A DNA stretch of 64,000 nt, from the NCBI GenBank assembly GCA_964016885.1, contig OZ024746.1:52452001-52516000 (forward strand), in the 5' to 3' direction. Source of the stretch: Eledone cirrhosa. Lineage: Eukaryota. Each line of letters starts with the position of its first letter. The stretch's first letter is position 1. Positions 27,701-38,845 of the stretch are shown here, one piece after another. Under the pieces are notes generated by a model. The model was not told the origin of the DNA. It searched no databases and saw nothing but the letters and a program-made list of their open reading frames with translations. The position numbers and the translations under genes were made by a program.

Positions 27701-29830
27701 TGTTGTTATTGTAGCTAGTGGTTGCTGTGATGGTAGTGTTGTTGTTGTTATTGTAGTTAGTGGTTGCTATGATGGTAGTGTTGTTGTTGTTATTGTAGCT
27801 AGTGGTTGCTGTGTTGGTAGTGTTGTTGTTGTTATTGTAGTTAGTGGTTGCTATGATGGTAGTGTTGTTGTTGTTATTGTAGCTAGTGGTTGCTGTGATG
27901 TTAGTGTTGTTGTTGTTATTGTAGTTAGTGGTTGCTATGATGGTAGTGTTGTTGTTATTATTGTAGTTAGTGGTTGCTATGATGGTAGTGTTGTTGTTGT
28001 TATTGTAGTTAGTGGTTGTTATGATGGTAGTGTTGTTGTTGTTATTGTAGTTAGTGGTTGCTATGATGGTAGTGTTGTTGTTGGTATTGTAGCTAGTGGT
28101 TGCTGAGATGGTAGTGTTGTTGTTGTTGTAGTTAGTGGTTGCTGAGATGATAGTGTTGTTGTTGTTGTAGTTAGTGGTTGATGAGATGGTAGTGTTGTTG
28201 TTGTAGTTAGTGGTTGCTGAGATGGTAGTGTTGTTGTTGTTATTGTAGCTAGTGGTTGCTGTGATGGTAGAGTTGTTGTTGTTATTGTAGTTAGTGGTTG
28301 CTGTGATGTTAGTGTTGTTGTTGTTGTTGTAGTTAGTGGTTGCTGTGATGGTAGTGTTGTTGTTGTTATTGTAGTTAGTGGTTGCTATGATGGTAGTGTT
28401 GTTGTTGTTATTGTAGTTAGTGGTTGTTATGATGGTAGTGTTGTTGTTGTTATTGTAGCTAGTGGTTGCTGTGATGGTAGTGTTGTTGTTGTTATTGTAG
28501 TTAGTGGTTGCTATGATGGTAGTGTTGTTGTTGTTATTGTAGCTAGTGGTTGCTGTGTTGGTAGTGTTGTTGTTGTTATTGTAGTTAGTGGTTGCTATGA
28601 TGGTAGTGTTGTTGTTGTTATTGTAGCTAGTGGTTTCTGTGATGGTAGTGTTGTTGTTGTTATTGTAGTTAGTGGTTGCTGTGATGGTAGTGTTGTTGTT
28701 GTTATTCTAGTTAGTGGTTGCTGTGATGGTAGTGTTGTTGTTGTTATTCTAGTTAGTGGTTGCTGTGATGGTAGTGTTGTTGTTGTTATTCTAGTTAGTG
28801 GTTGCTGTGATGGTAGTGTTGTTGTTGTTATTCTAGTTAGTGGTTGCTGTGATGGTAGTGTTGTTGTTGTTATTGTAGCTAGTGGTTGCTGAGATGGTAG
28901 TGTTGTTGTTGTTGTTATTGTAGTTAGTGGTTGCTGAGATGGTAGTGTTGTTGTTGTTATTGTAGTTAGTGGTTGCTGTGATGGTAGTGTTGTTGTTGTT
29001 ATTCTAGTTAGTGGTTGCTGTGATGGTAGTGTTGTTGTTGTTGTTATTGTAGTTAGAGGTTGCTGTGATGGTAGTGTTGTTGTTGTTGTTATTGTAGTTA
29101 GTGGTTGCTATGATGGTAGTGTTGTTGTTGTTATTGTAGCTAGTGGTTGCTGTGTTGGTAGTGTTGTTGTTGTTATTGTAGTTAGTGGTTGCTATGATGG
29201 TAGTGTTGTTGTTGTTATTGTAGCTAGTGGTTGCTGTGATGGTAGTGTTGTTGTTGTTATTGTAGTTAGTGGTTGCTATGATGGTAGTGTTGTTGTTATT
29301 ATTGTAGTTAGTGGTTGCTATGATGGTAGTGTTGTTGTTGTTATTGTAGCTAGTGGTTGCTGTGATGGTAGTGTTGTTGTTGTTATTGTAGTTAGTGGTT
29401 GCTGTGATGGTAGTGTTGTTGTTGTTATTGTAGTTAGTGGTTGTTATGATGGTAGTGTTGTTGTTGTTATTGTAGCTAGTGGTTGCTGTGATGGTAGTGT
29501 TGTTGTTGTTATTGTAGTTAGTGGTTGCTATGATGGTAGTGTTGTTGTTGTTATTGTAGCTAGTGGTTGCTGTGTTGGTAGTGTTGTTGTTGTTATTGTA
29601 GTTAGTGGTTGCTATGATGGTAGTGTTGTTGTTGTTATTGTAGTTAGTGGTTGCTATGATGGTAGTGTTGTTGTTGTTATTGTAGTTAGTGGTTGCTATG
29701 ATGGTAGTGTTGTTGTTGTTATTGTAGCTAGTGGTTGCTGTGATGTTAGTGTTGTTGTTGTTATTGTAGTTAGTGGTTGCTATGATGGTAGTGTTGTTGT
29801 TATTATTGTAGTTAGTGGTTGCTATGATGG
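15800..29830. repeat. Domain B: sub-array rich in GCTATGATGG and GTAGCTAG variants, mostly 42-bp units, often alternating as an 84-bp dimer, with patches of 39-bp units
   Basis: The TAT and AGCT variants are dense here and nearly absent from 29.9-56.1 kb. Units of 39 bp lacking ATT cluster at about 16.4-17.3, 20.6-21.0 and 23.8-24.2 kb. Confidence 0.85.
20570..27050. repeat. Tandem duplication of about 3239 bp (about 20570-23810 and 23810-27050)
   Basis: The same 1-bp deletion (GATGGTA-TGTT) occurs after 21308 and 24547. The GGTTACTGAGATGATAG marker is at about 20609 and 23845, and the order of variants is shared. Confidence 0.88.
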
Positions 29831-32800
29831 TAGTGTTGTTGTTGTTATTGTAGCTAGTGGTTGCTGAGATGGTAGTGTTGTTGTTGTTGTTATTGTAGTT
29901 AGTGGTTGCTGATATGGTAGTGTTCTTGTTGTTGTTATTATAGTTCGTGATTGCTGTGATGGTAGTGTTGTTGTTGTTATTGTAGTTAAAGGTTGCTGAG
30001 ATGGTAGTGTTGTTGTTCTTATTGTAGTTAGTGGTGGCTGAGGAGGTAGTTTTGTTGTTGTTGTCATTGTAGTTAGAGGTTGCTGAGATGGTAGTGTTGT
30101 TGTTGTTGTTATTGTAGTTAGTGGTTGCTGAGATGGTAGTGTTGTTGTTGTTATTCTAGTTAGTGGTTGCTGTGATGGTAGTGTTGTTGTTGTTGTTATT
30201 GTAGTTAGAGGTTGCTGAGATGGTAGTGTTGTTGTTGTTGTTATTGTAGTTAGTGGTTGCTGTGATGGTAGTGTTATTGTTGTTATTGTAGTTAGTGGTT
30301 GCTGAGATGGTAGTGTTGTTGTTGTTATTGTAGTTAGTGGTTGCTGAGATGGTAGTGTTGTTGTTGTTGTTATTGTAGTTAGTGGTTGCTGTGATGGTAG
30401 TGTTGTTGTTGTTATTCTAGTTAGTGGTTGCTGTGATGGTAGTGTTGTTGTTGTTATTCTAGTTTGTGGTTGCTGTGATGGTAGTGTTGTTGTTGTTATT
30501 GTAGTTAGTGGTTGCTGTGATGGTAGTGTTGTTGTTGTTATTCTAGTTAGTGGTTGCTGTGATGGTAGTGTTGTTGTTGTTATTCTAGTTAGTGGTTGCT
30601 GTGATGGTAGTGTTGTTGTTGTTGTTATTGTAGTTAGAGGTTGCTGAGATGGTAGTGTTGTTGTTGTTGTTATTGTAGTTAGTGGTTGCTGAGATGGTAG
30701 TGTTGTTGTTGTTATTGTAGTTAGTGGTTGCTGTGATGGTAGTGTTGTTGTTGTTATTCTAGTTAGTGGTTGCTGTGATGGTAGTGTTGTTGTTGTTATT
30801 CTAGTTAGTGGTTGCTGTGATGGTAGTGTTGTTGTTGTTGTTATTGTAGTTAGTGGTTGCTGAGATGGTACTGTTGTTGTTGTTATTCTAGTTAGTGGTT
30901 GCTGTGATGGTAGTGTTGTTGTTGTTGTTATTGTAGTTAGATGTTGCTTAGATGGTAGTGTTGTTGTTGTTGTTATTGTAGTTAGAGGTTGCTGAGATGG
31001 TAGTGTTGTTGTTGTTATTGTAGTTAGTGGTTGCTGTGATGGTATTGTTGTTGTTGTTATTCTAGTAAGTGGTTGCTGTGATGGTAGTGTTGTTGTTGTT
31101 ATTCTAGTTAGTGGTTGCTGTGATGGTAGTGTTGTTGTTGTTGTTATTGTAATTAGTGGTTGCTGTGATGGTATTGTTGTTGTTGTTATTCTAGTTAGTG
31201 GTTGCTGTGATGGTAGTGTTGTTGTTGTTGTTATTGTAGTTAGTGGTTGCTGTGATGGTATTGTTGTTGTTGTTATTCTAGTTAGTGGTTGCTGTGATGG
31301 TAGTGTTGTTGTTGTTGTTATTGTAGTTAGAGGTTGCTGAGATGGTAGTGTTGTTGTTGTTGTTATTGTAGTTAGTGGTTGCTGAGATGGTAGTGTTGTT
31401 GTTGTTGTTATTGTAGTTAGTGGTTTCTGTGATGGTAGTGTTGTTGTTGTTATTGTAGTTAGTGGTTGCTGTGATGGTAGTGTTGTTGTTGTTATTCTAG
31501 TTAGTGGTTGCTGTGATGGTAGTGTTGTTGTTGTTGTTATTGTAGTTAGTGGTTGCTGTAATGGTAGTGTTTTTGTTGTTATTCTAGTTAGTGGTTGCTG
31601 TGATGGTAGTGTTGTTGTTGTTGTTATTGTAGTTAGTGGTTGCTGTGATGGTAGTGTTGTTGTTGTTGTTATTGTAGTTAGTGGTTGCTGAGATGGTAGT
31701 GTTGTTGTTGTTGTTATTGTAGTTAGTGGTTGCTGAGATGGTAGTGTTGTTGTTGTTGTTATTGTAGTTAGTGGTTTCTGTGATGGTAGTGTTGTTGTTG
31801 TTGTTATTGTAGTTAGTGGTTGCTGTGATGGTAGTGTTGTTTTTGTTATTCTAGTTAGTGGTTGCTGTGATGGTAGTGTTGTTGTTGTTGTTATTGTAGT
31901 TAGTGGTTGCTGAGATGGTAGTGTTGTTGTTGTTGTTATTGTAGTTAGTGGTTGCTGTGATGGTAGTGTTGTTGTTGTTATTCTAGTTAGTGGTTGCTGT
32001 GATGGTAGTGTTGTTGTTGTTATTCTAGTTTGTGGTTGCTGTGATGGTAGTGTTGTTGTTGTTATTGTAGTTAGTGGTTGCTGTGATGGTAGTGTTGTTG
32101 TTGTTATTCTAGTTAGTGGTTGCTGTGATGGTAGTGTTGTTGTTGTTATTGTAGTTAGAGGTTGCTGATATGGTAGTGTTGTTGTTGTTGTTATTGTAGT
32201 TAGAGGTTGCTGAGATGGTAGTGTTGTTGTTGTTGTTATTGTAGTTAGTGGTTGCTGAGATGGTAGTGTTGTTGTTGTTATTGTAGTTAGTGGTTGCTGT
32301 GATGGTAGTGTTGTTGTTGTTATTCTAGTTAGTGGTTGCTGTGATGGTAGTGTTGTTGTTGTTGTTATTGTAGTTAGTGGTTGCTGTGATGGTAGTGTTT
32401 TTGTTGTTATTCTAGTTAGTGGTTGCTGAGATGGTAGTGTTGTTGTTGTTGTTATTGTAGTTAGTGGTTGCTGAGATGGTAGTGTTGTTGTTGTTATTGT
32501 AGTTAGTGGTTGCTGTGATGGTAGTGTTGTTGTTGTTATTCTAGTTAGTGGTTGCTGTGATGGTAGTGTTGTTGTTGTTATTCTAGTTAGTGGTTGCTGT
32601 GATGGTAGTGTTGTTGTTGTTGTTATTGTAGTTAGAGGTTGCTGTGATGGTAGTGTTGTTGTTGTTGTTATTGTAGTTAGTGGTTGCCGAGATGGTACTG
32701 TTGTTGTTGTTATTCTAGTTAGTGGTTGCTGTGATGGTAGTGTTGTTGTTGTTGTTATTGTAGTTAGATGTTGCTTAGATGGTAGTGTTGTTGTTGTTGT

Positions 32801-35800
32801 TATTGTAGTTAGAGGTTGCTGTGATGGTATTGTTGTTGTTGTTATTCTAGTAAGTGGTTGCTGTGATGGTAGTGTTGTTGTTGTTATTCTAGTTAGTGGT
32901 TGCTGTGATGGTAGTGTTGTTGTTGTTGTTATTGTAGTTAGATGTTGCTTAGATGGTAGTGTTGTTGTTGTTGTTATTGTAGTTAGTGGTTGCTGTGATG
33001 GTATTGTTGTTGTTGTTATTCTAGTAAGTGGTTGCTGTGATGGTAGTGTTGTTGTTGTTATTCTAGTTAGTGGTTGCTGTGATGGTAGTGTTGTTGTTGT
33101 TGTTATTGTAATTAGTGGTTGCTGTGATGGTATTGTTGTTGTTGTTATTCTAGTTAGTGGTTGCTGTGATGGTAGTGTTGTTGTTGTTGTTATTGTAGTT
33201 AGATGTTGCTGAGATGGTAGTGTTGTTGTTGTTGTTATTGTAGTTAGAGGTTGCTGAGATGGTAGTGTTGTTGTTGTTATTGTAGTTAGTGGTTGCTGTG
33301 ATGGTAGTGTTGTTGTTGTTATTCTAGTTAGTGGTTGCTGTGATGGTAGTGTTGTTGTTGTTATTCTAGTTAGTGGTTGCTGTGATGGTAGTGTTGTTGT
33401 TGTTGTTATTGTAGTTAGTGGTTGCTGTGATGGTATTGTTGTTGTTGTTATTCTAGTTAGTGGTTGCTGTGATGGTAGTGTTGTTGTTGTTGTTATTGTA
33501 GTTAGAGGTTGCTGAGATGGTAGTGTTGTTGTGGTTGTTATTGTAGTTAGTGGTTGCTGAGATGGTAGTGTTGTTGTTGTTGTTATTGTAGTTAGTGGTT
33601 TCTGTGATGGTGGTGTTGTTGTTGTTATTGTAGTTAGTGGTTGCTGTGATGGTAGTGTTGTTGTTGTTATTCTAGTTAGTGGTTGCTGTGATGGTAGTGT
33701 TGTTGTTGTTGTTATTGTAGTTAGTGGTTGCTGTGATGGTATTGTTGTTGTTGTTATTCTAGTTAGTGGTTGCTGTGATGGTAGTGTTGTTGTTGTTGTT
33801 ATTGTAGTTAGTGGTTGCTGTGATGGTAGTGTTGTTGTTGTTGTTATTGTAGTTAGTGGTTGCTGAGATGGTAGTGTTGTTGTTGTTGTTATTGTAGTTA
33901 GTGGTTTCTGTGATGGTAGTGTTGTTGTTGTTGTTATTGTAGTTAGTGGTTGCTGTGATGGTAGTGTTGTTGTTGTTGTTATTGTAGTTAGATGTTGCTT
34001 AGATGGTAGTGTTGTTGTTGTTGTTATTGTAGTTAGAGGTTGTTGAGATGGTAGTGTTGTTGTTGTTATTGTAGTTAGTGGTTGCTGTGATGGTATTGTT
34101 GTTGTTGTTATTCTAGTTAGTGGTTGCTGTGATGGTAGTGTTGTTGTTGTTATTCTAGTTAGTGGTTGCTGTGATGGTAGTGTTGTTGTTGTTGTTATTG
34201 TAGTTAGTGGTTGCTGTGATGGTATTGTTGTTGTTGTTATTCTAGTTAGTGGTTGCTGTGATGGTAGTGTTGTTGTTGTTGTTATTGTAGTTAGAGGTTG
34301 CTGAGATGGTAGTGTTGTTGTTGTTGTTATTGTAGTTAGTGGTTGCTGTGATGGTAGTGTTATTGTTGTTATTGTAGTTAGTGGTTGCTGAGATGGTAGT
34401 GTTGTTGTTGTTATTGTAGTTAGTGGTTGCTGAGATGGTAGTGTTGTTGTTGTTATTCTAGTTACTGGTTGCTGTGATGGTAGTGTTGTTGTTGTTGTTA
34501 TTGTAGTTAGTGGTTGCTGTGATGGTATTGTTGTTGTTGTTATTCTAGTTAGTAGTTGCTGTGATGGTAGTGTTGTTGTTGTTGTTATTGTAGTTAGATG
34601 TTGCTGAGATGGTAGTGTTGTTGTTGTTGTTATTGTAGTTAGAGGTTGCTGAGATGGTAGTGTTGTTGTTGTTATTGTAGTTAGTGGTTGCTGTGATGGT
34701 AGTGTTGTTGTTGTTATTCTAGTTAGTGGTTGCTGTGATGGTAGTGTTGTTGTTCTTATTGTAGTTAGTGGTGGCTGAGGAGGTAGTTTTGTTGTTGTTG
34801 TCATTGTAGTTAGAGGTTGCTGAGATGGTAGTGTTGTTGTTGTTGTTATTGTAGTTAGTGGTTGCTGAGATGGTAGTGTTGTTGTTGTTATTCTAGTTAG
34901 TGGTTGCTGTGATGGTAGTGTTGTTGTTGTTGTTATTGTAGTTAGAGGTTGCTGAGATGGTAGTGTTGTTGTTGTTGTTATTGTAGTTAGTGGTTGCTGT
35001 GATGGTAGTGTTATTGTTGTTATTGTAGTTAGTGGTTGCTGAGATGGTAGTGTTGTTGTTGTTATTGTAGTTAGTGGTTGCTGAGATGGTAGTGTTGTTG
35101 TTGTTGTTATTGTAGTTAGTGGTTGCTGTGATGGTAGTGTTGTTGTTGTTATTCTAGTTAGTGGTTGCTGTGATGGTAGTGTTGTTGTTGTTATTCTAGT
35201 TTGTGGTTGCTGAGATGGTAGTGTTGTTGTTGTTGTTATTCTAGTTTGTGGTTGCTGTGATGGTAGTGTTGTTGTTGTTGTTATTGTAGTTAGTGGTTGC
35301 TGAGATGGTAGTGTTGTTGTTGTTATTCTAGTTAGTGGTTGCTGTGATGGTAGTGTTGTTGTTGTTATTCTAGTTTGTGGTTGCTGAGATGGTAGTGTTG
35401 TTGTTGTTGTTATTCTAGTTTGTGGTTGCTGTGATGGTAGTGTTGTTGTTGTTGTTATTGTAGTTAGTGGTTGCTGAGATGGTAGTGTTGTTGTTGTTAT
35501 TGTAGTTAGTGGTTGCTGTGATGGTAGTGTTGTTGTTGTTATTCTAGTTAGTGGTTGCTGTGATGGTAGTGTTGTTGTTGTTATTCTAGTTAGTGGTTGC
35601 TGTGATGGTAGTGTTGTTGTTGTTGTTATTGTAGTTAGAGGTTGCTGAGATGGTAGTGTTGTTGTTGTTGTTATTGTAGTTAGTGGTTGCTGAGATGGTA
35701 GTGTTGTTGTTGTTATTGTAGTTAGTGGTTGCTGTGATGGTAGTGTTGTTGTTGTTATTCTAGTTAGTGGTTGCTGTGATGGTAGTGTTGTTGTTGTTAT

Positions 35801-38800
35801 TCTAGTTAGTGGTTGCTGTGATGGTAGTGTTGTTGTTGTTGTTATTGTAGTTAGTGGTTGCTGAGATGGTACTGTTGTTGTTGTTATTCTAGTTAGTGGT
35901 TGCTGTGATGGTAGTGTTGTTGTTGTTGTTATTGTAGTTAGATGTTGCTTAGATGGTAGTGTTGTTGTTGTTGTTATTGTAGTTAGAGGTTGCTGAGATG
36001 GTAGTGTTGTTGTTGTTATTGTAGTTAGTGGTTGCTGTGATGGTATTGTTGTTGTTGTTATTCTAGTAAGTGGTTGCTGTGATGGTAGTGTTGTTGTTGT
36101 TATTCTAGTTAGTGGTTGCTGTGATGGTAGTGTTGTTGTTGTTGTTATTGTAATTAGTGGTTGCTGTGATGGTATTGTTGTTGTTGTTATTCTAGTTAGT
36201 GGTTGCTGTGATGGTAGTGTTGTTGTTGTTGTTATTGTAGTTAGTGGTTGCTGTGATGGTATTGTTGTTGTTGTTATTCTAGTTAGTGGTTGCTGTGATG
36301 GTAGTGTTGTTGTTGTTGTTATTGTAGTTAGAGGTTGCTGAGATGGTAGTGTTGTTGTTGTTGTTATTGTAGTTAGTGGTTGCTGAGATGGTAGTGTTGT
36401 TGTTGTTGTTATTGTAGTTAGTGGTTTCTGTGATGGTAGTGTTGTTGTTGTTATTGTAGTTAGTGGTTGCTGTGATGGTAGTGTTGTTGTTGTTATTCTA
36501 GTTAGTGGTTGCTGTGATGGTAGTGTTGTTGTTGTTGTTATTGTAGTTAGTGGTTGCTGTGATGGTTGTGTTTTTGTTGTTATTCTAGTTAGTGGTTGCT
36601 GTGATGGTAGTGTTGTTGTTGTTGTTATTGTAGTTAGTGGTTGCTGTGATGGTAGTGTTGTTGTTGTTGTTATTGTAGTTAGTGGTTGCTGAGATGGTAG
36701 TGTTGTTGTTGTTGTTATTGTAGTTAGTGGTTGCTGAGATGGTAGTGTTGTTGTTGTTGTTATTGTAGTTAGTGGTTTCTGTGATGGTAGTGTTGTTGTT
36801 GTTGTTATTGTAGTTAGTGGTTGCTGTGATGGTAGTGTTGTTTTTGTTATTCTAGTTAGTGGTTGCTGTGATGGTAGTGTTGTTGTTGTTGTTATTGTAG
36901 TTAGTGGTTGCTGAGATGGTAGTGTTGTTGTTGTTGTTATTGTAGTTAGTGGTTGCCGAGATGGTACTGTTGTTGTTGTTATTCTAGTTAGTGGTTGCTG
37001 TGATGGTATTGTTGTTGTTGTTATTCTAGTAAGTGGTTGCTGTGATGGTAGTGTTGTTGTTGTTATTCTAGTTAGTGGTTGCTGTGATGGTAGTGTTGTT
37101 GTTGTTGTTATTGTAATTAGTGGTTGCTGTGATGGTATTGTTGTTGTTGTTATTCTAGTTAGTGGTTGCTGTGATGGTAGTGTTGTTGTTGTTGTTATTG
37201 TAGTTAGATGTTGCTGAGATGGTAGTGTTGTTGTTGTTGTTATTGTAGTTAGAGGTTGCTGAGATGGTAGTGTTGTTGTTGTTATTGTAGTTAGTGGTTG
37301 CTGTGATGGTAGTGTTGTTGTTGTTATTCTAGTTAGTGGTTGCTGTGATGGTAGTGTTGTTGTTGTTATTCTAGTTAGTGGTTGCTGTGATGGTAGTGTT
37401 GTTGTTGTTGTTATTGTAGTTAGTGGTTGCTGTGATGGTATTGTTGTTGTTGTTATTCTAGTTAGTGGTTGCTGTGATGGTAGTGTTGTTGTTGTTGTTA
37501 TTGTAGTTAGAGGTTGCTGAGATGGTAGTGTTGTTGTTGTTGTTATTGTAGTTAGTGGTTGCTGAGATGGTAGTGTTGTTGTTGTTGTTATTGTAGTTAG
37601 TGGTTTCTGTGATGGTAGTGTTGTTGTTGTTATTGTAGTTAGTGGTTGCTGTGATGGTAGTGTTGTTGTTGTTATTCTAGTTAGTGGTTGCTGTGATGGT
37701 AGTGTTGTTGTTGTTGTTATTGTAGTTAGTGGTTGCTGTGATGGTAGTGTTTTTGTTGTTATTCTAGTTAGTGGTTGCTGTGATGGTAGTGTTGTTGTTG
37801 TTGTTATTGTAGTTAGTGGTTGCTGTGATGGTAGTGTTGTTGTTGTTGTTATTGTAGTTAGTGGTTGCTGAGATGGTAGTGTTGTTGTTGTTGTTATTGT
37901 AGTTAGTGGTTTCTGTGATGGTAGTGTTGTTGTTGTTGTTATTGTAGTTAGTGGTTGCTGTGATGGTAGTGTTGTTGTTGTTGTTATTGTAGTTAGATGT
38001 TGCTTAGATGGTAGTGTTGTTGTTGTTGTTATTGTAGTTAGAGGTTGTTGAGATGGTAGTGTTGTTGTTGTTATTGTAGTTAGTGGTTGCTGTGATGGTA
38101 TTGTTGTTGTTGTTATTCTAGTTAGTGGTTGCTGTGATGGTAGTGTTGTTGTTGTTATTCTAGTTAGTGGTTGCTGTGATGGTAGTGTTGTTGTTGTTGT
38201 TATTGTAGTTAGTGGTTGCTGTGATGGTATTGTTGTTGTTGTTATTCTAGTTAGTGGTTGCTGTGATGGTAGTGTTGTTGTTGTTGTTATTGTAGTTAGA
38301 GGTTGCTGAGATGGTAGTGTTGTTGTTGTTGTTATTGTAGTTAGTGGTTGCTGTGATGGTAGTGTTATTGTTGTTATTGTAGTTAGTGGTTGCTGAGATG
38401 GTAGTGTTGTTGTTGTTATTGTAGTTAGTGGTTGCTGAGATGGTAGTGTTGTTGTTGTTATTCTAGTTACTGGTTGCTGTGATGGTAGTGTTGTTGTTAT
38501 TCTAGTTAGTGGTTGCTGTGATGGTATTGTTGTTGTTGTTATTCTAGTTAGTAGTTGCTGTGATGGTAGTGTTGTTGTTGTTGTTATTGTAGTTAGATGT
38601 TGCTGAGATGGTAGTGTTGTTGTTGTTGTTATTGTAGTTAGAGGTTGCTGAGATGGTAGTGTTGTTGTTGTTATTGTAGTTAGTGGTTGCTGTGATGGTA
38701 GTGTTGTTGTTGTTATTCTAGTTAGTGGTTGCTGTGATGGTAGTGTTGTTGTTGTTATTCTAGTTACTGGTTGCTGTGATGGTAGTGTTGTTGTTCTTAT

Positions 38801-38845
38801 TGTAGTTAGTGGTGGCTGAGGAGGTAGTTTTGTTGTTGTTGTCAT
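29822..38845 (-). CDS. Possible mucin-like Thr/Pro/Ser/Gln-rich repeat protein (ITTTTLPSQQPLTT)n, 3007 aa; may be a spurious ORF of the satellite
   Basis: From the ORF track. The ATG at 38845 is only a repeat variant (also at 34804 and 30067), and the stop at 29822-29824 is the CAG>TAG repeat variant. The frame stays open upstream to a TAA at 46604-46606. There is no signal peptide, non-repetitive domain or evident splice context. Confidence 0.25.
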   Translation of the reverse strand: MTTTTKLPPQPPLTTIRTTTLPSQQPVTRITTTTLPSQQPLTRITTTTLPSQQPLTTITTTTLPSQQPLTTITTTTTLPSQQHLTTITTTTTLPSQQLLTRITTTTIPSQQPLTRITTTLPSQQPVTRITTTTLPSQQPLTTITTTTLPSQQPLTTITTITLPSQQPLTTITTTTTLPSQQPLTTITTTTTLPSQQPLTRITTTTIPSQQPLTTITTTTTLPSQQPLTRITTTTLPSQQPLTRITTTTIPSQQPLTTITTTTLPSQQPLTTITTTTTLPSKQHLTTITTTTTLPSQQPLTTITTTTTLPSQKPLTTITTTTTLPSQQPLTTITTTTTLPSQQPLTTITTTTTLPSQQPLTRITTKTLPSQQPLTTITTTTTLPSQQPLTRITTTTLPSQQPLTTITTTTLPSQKPLTTITTTTTLPSQQPLTTITTTTTLPSQQPLTTITTTTTLPSQQPLTRITTTTIPSQQPLTTITTTTTLPSQQPLTRITTTTLPSQQPLTRITTTTLPSQQPLTTITTTTLPSQQPLTTITTTTTLPSQQHLTTITTTTTLPSQQPLTRITTTTIPSQQPLITITTTTTLPSQQPLTRITTTTLPSQQPLTRITTTTIPSQQPLTRITTTTVPSRQPLTTITTTTTLPSQQPLTTITTTTTLPSQQPLTRITKTTLPSQQPLTTITTTTTLPSQKPLTTITTTTTLPSQQPLTTITTTTTLPSQQPLTTITTTTTLPSQQPLTTITTTTTLPSQQPLTRITTKTQPSQQPLTTITTTTTLPSQQPLTRITTTTLPSQQPLTTITTTTLPSQKPLTTITTTTTLPSQQPLTTITTTTTLPSQQPLTTITTTTTLPSQQPLTRITTTTIPSQQPLTTITTTTTLPSQQPLTRITTTTIPSQQPLITITTTTTLPSQQPLTRITTTTLPSQQPLTRITTTTIPSQQPLTTITTTTLPSQQPLTTITTTTTLPSKQHLTTITTTTTLPSQQPLTRITTTTVPSQQPLTTITTTTTLPSQQPLTRITTTTLPSQQPLTRITTTTLPSQQPLTTITTTTLPSQQPLTTITTTTTLPSQQPLTTITTTTTLPSQQPLTRITTTTLPSQQPLTRITTTTLPSQQPLTTITTTTLPSQQPLTTITTTTTLPSQQPQTRITTTTTLPSQQPQTRITTTTLPSQQPLTRITTTTLPSQQPLTTITTTTTLPSQQPQTRITTTTTLPSQQPQTRITTTTLPSQQPLTRITTTTLPSQQPLTTITTTTTLPSQQPLTTITTTTLPSQQPLTTITTITLPSQQPLTTITTTTTLPSQQPLTTITTTTTLPSQQPLTRITTTTLPSQQPLTTITTTTTLPSQQPLTTMTTTTKLPPQPPLTTIRTTTLPSQQPLTRITTTTLPSQQPLTTITTTTLPSQQPLTTITTTTTLPSQQHLTTITTTTTLPSQQLLTRITTTTIPSQQPLTTITTTTTLPSQQPVTRITTTTLPSQQPLTTITTTTLPSQQPLTTITTITLPSQQPLTTITTTTTLPSQQPLTTITTTTTLPSQQPLTRITTTTIPSQQPLTTITTTTTLPSQQPLTRITTTTLPSQQPLTRITTTTIPSQQPLTTITTTTLPSQQPLTTITTTTTLPSKQHLTTITTTTTLPSQQPLTTITTTTTLPSQKPLTTITTTTTLPSQQPLTTITTTTTLPSQQPLTTITTTTTLPSQQPLTRITTTTIPSQQPLTTITTTTTLPSQQPLTRITTTTLPSQQPLTTITTTTPPSQKPLTTITTTTTLPSQQPLTTITTTTTLPSQQPLTTITTTTTLPSQQPLTRITTTTIPSQQPLTTITTTTTLPSQQPLTRITTTTLPSQQPLTRITTTTLPSQQPLTTITTTTLPSQQPLTTITTTTTLPSQQHLTTITTTTTLPSQQPLTRITTTTIPSQQPLITITTTTTLPSQQPLTRITTTTLPSQQPLTRITTTTIPSQQPLTTITTTTTLPSKQHLTTITTTTTLPSQQPLTRITTTTLPSQQPLTRITTTTIPSQQPLTTITTTTTLPSKQHLTTITTTTTLPSQQPLTRITTTTVPSRQPLTTITTTTTLPSQQPLTTITTTTTLPSQQPLTRITTTTLPSQQPLTRITTTTLPSQQPLTTITTTTLPSQQPLTTITTTTTLPSQQPLTRITTKTLPSQQPLTTITTTTTLPSQQPLTRITTTTLPSQQPLTTITTTTLPSQQPLTTITTTTTLPSQQPLTTITTTTTLPYQQPLTTITTTTLPSQQPLTRITTTTLPSQQPLTTITTTTLPSQQPQTRITTTTLPSQQPLTRITTTTLPSQQPLTTITTTTTLPSQQPLTTITTTTTLPSQQPLTRITKTTLPSQQPLTTITTTTTLPSQKPLTTITTTTTLPSQQPLTTITTTTTLPSQQPLTTITTTTTLPSQQPLTTITTTTTLPSQQPLTRITTKTLPLQQPLTTITTTTTLPSQQPLTRITTTTLPSQQPLTTITTTTLPSQKPLTTITTTTTLPSQQPLTTITTTTTLPSQQPLTTITTTTTLPSQQPLTRITTTTIPSQQPLTTITTTTTLPSQQPLTRITTTTIPSQQPLITITTTTTLPSQQPLTRITTTTLPSQQPLTRITTTTIPSQQPLTTITTTTLPSQQPLTTITTTTTLPSKQHLTTITTTTTLPSQQPLTRITTTTVPSQQPLTTITTTTTLPSQQPLTRITTTTLPSQQPLTRITTTTLPSQQPLTTITTTTLPSQQPLTTITTTTTLPSQQPLTTITTTTTLPSQQPLTRITTTTLPSQQPLTRITTTTLPSQQPLTTITTTTLPSQQPQTRITTTTLPSQQPLTRITTTTLPSQQPLTTITTTTTLPSQQPLTTITTTTLPSQQPLTTITTITLPSQQPLTTITTTTTLPSQQPLTTITTTTTLPSQQPLTRITTTTLPSQQPLTTITTTTTLPSQQPLTTMTTTTKLPPQPPLTTIRTTTLPSQQPLTTITTTTLPSQQSRTIITTTRTLPYQQPLTTITTTTTLPSQQPLATITTTTLPS

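Noticed and set aside
29822-38845. Assigning a named mucin gene such as MUC2
   Set aside because: I do not recognise this unit as the repeat of any known mucin. The similarity is compositional only.
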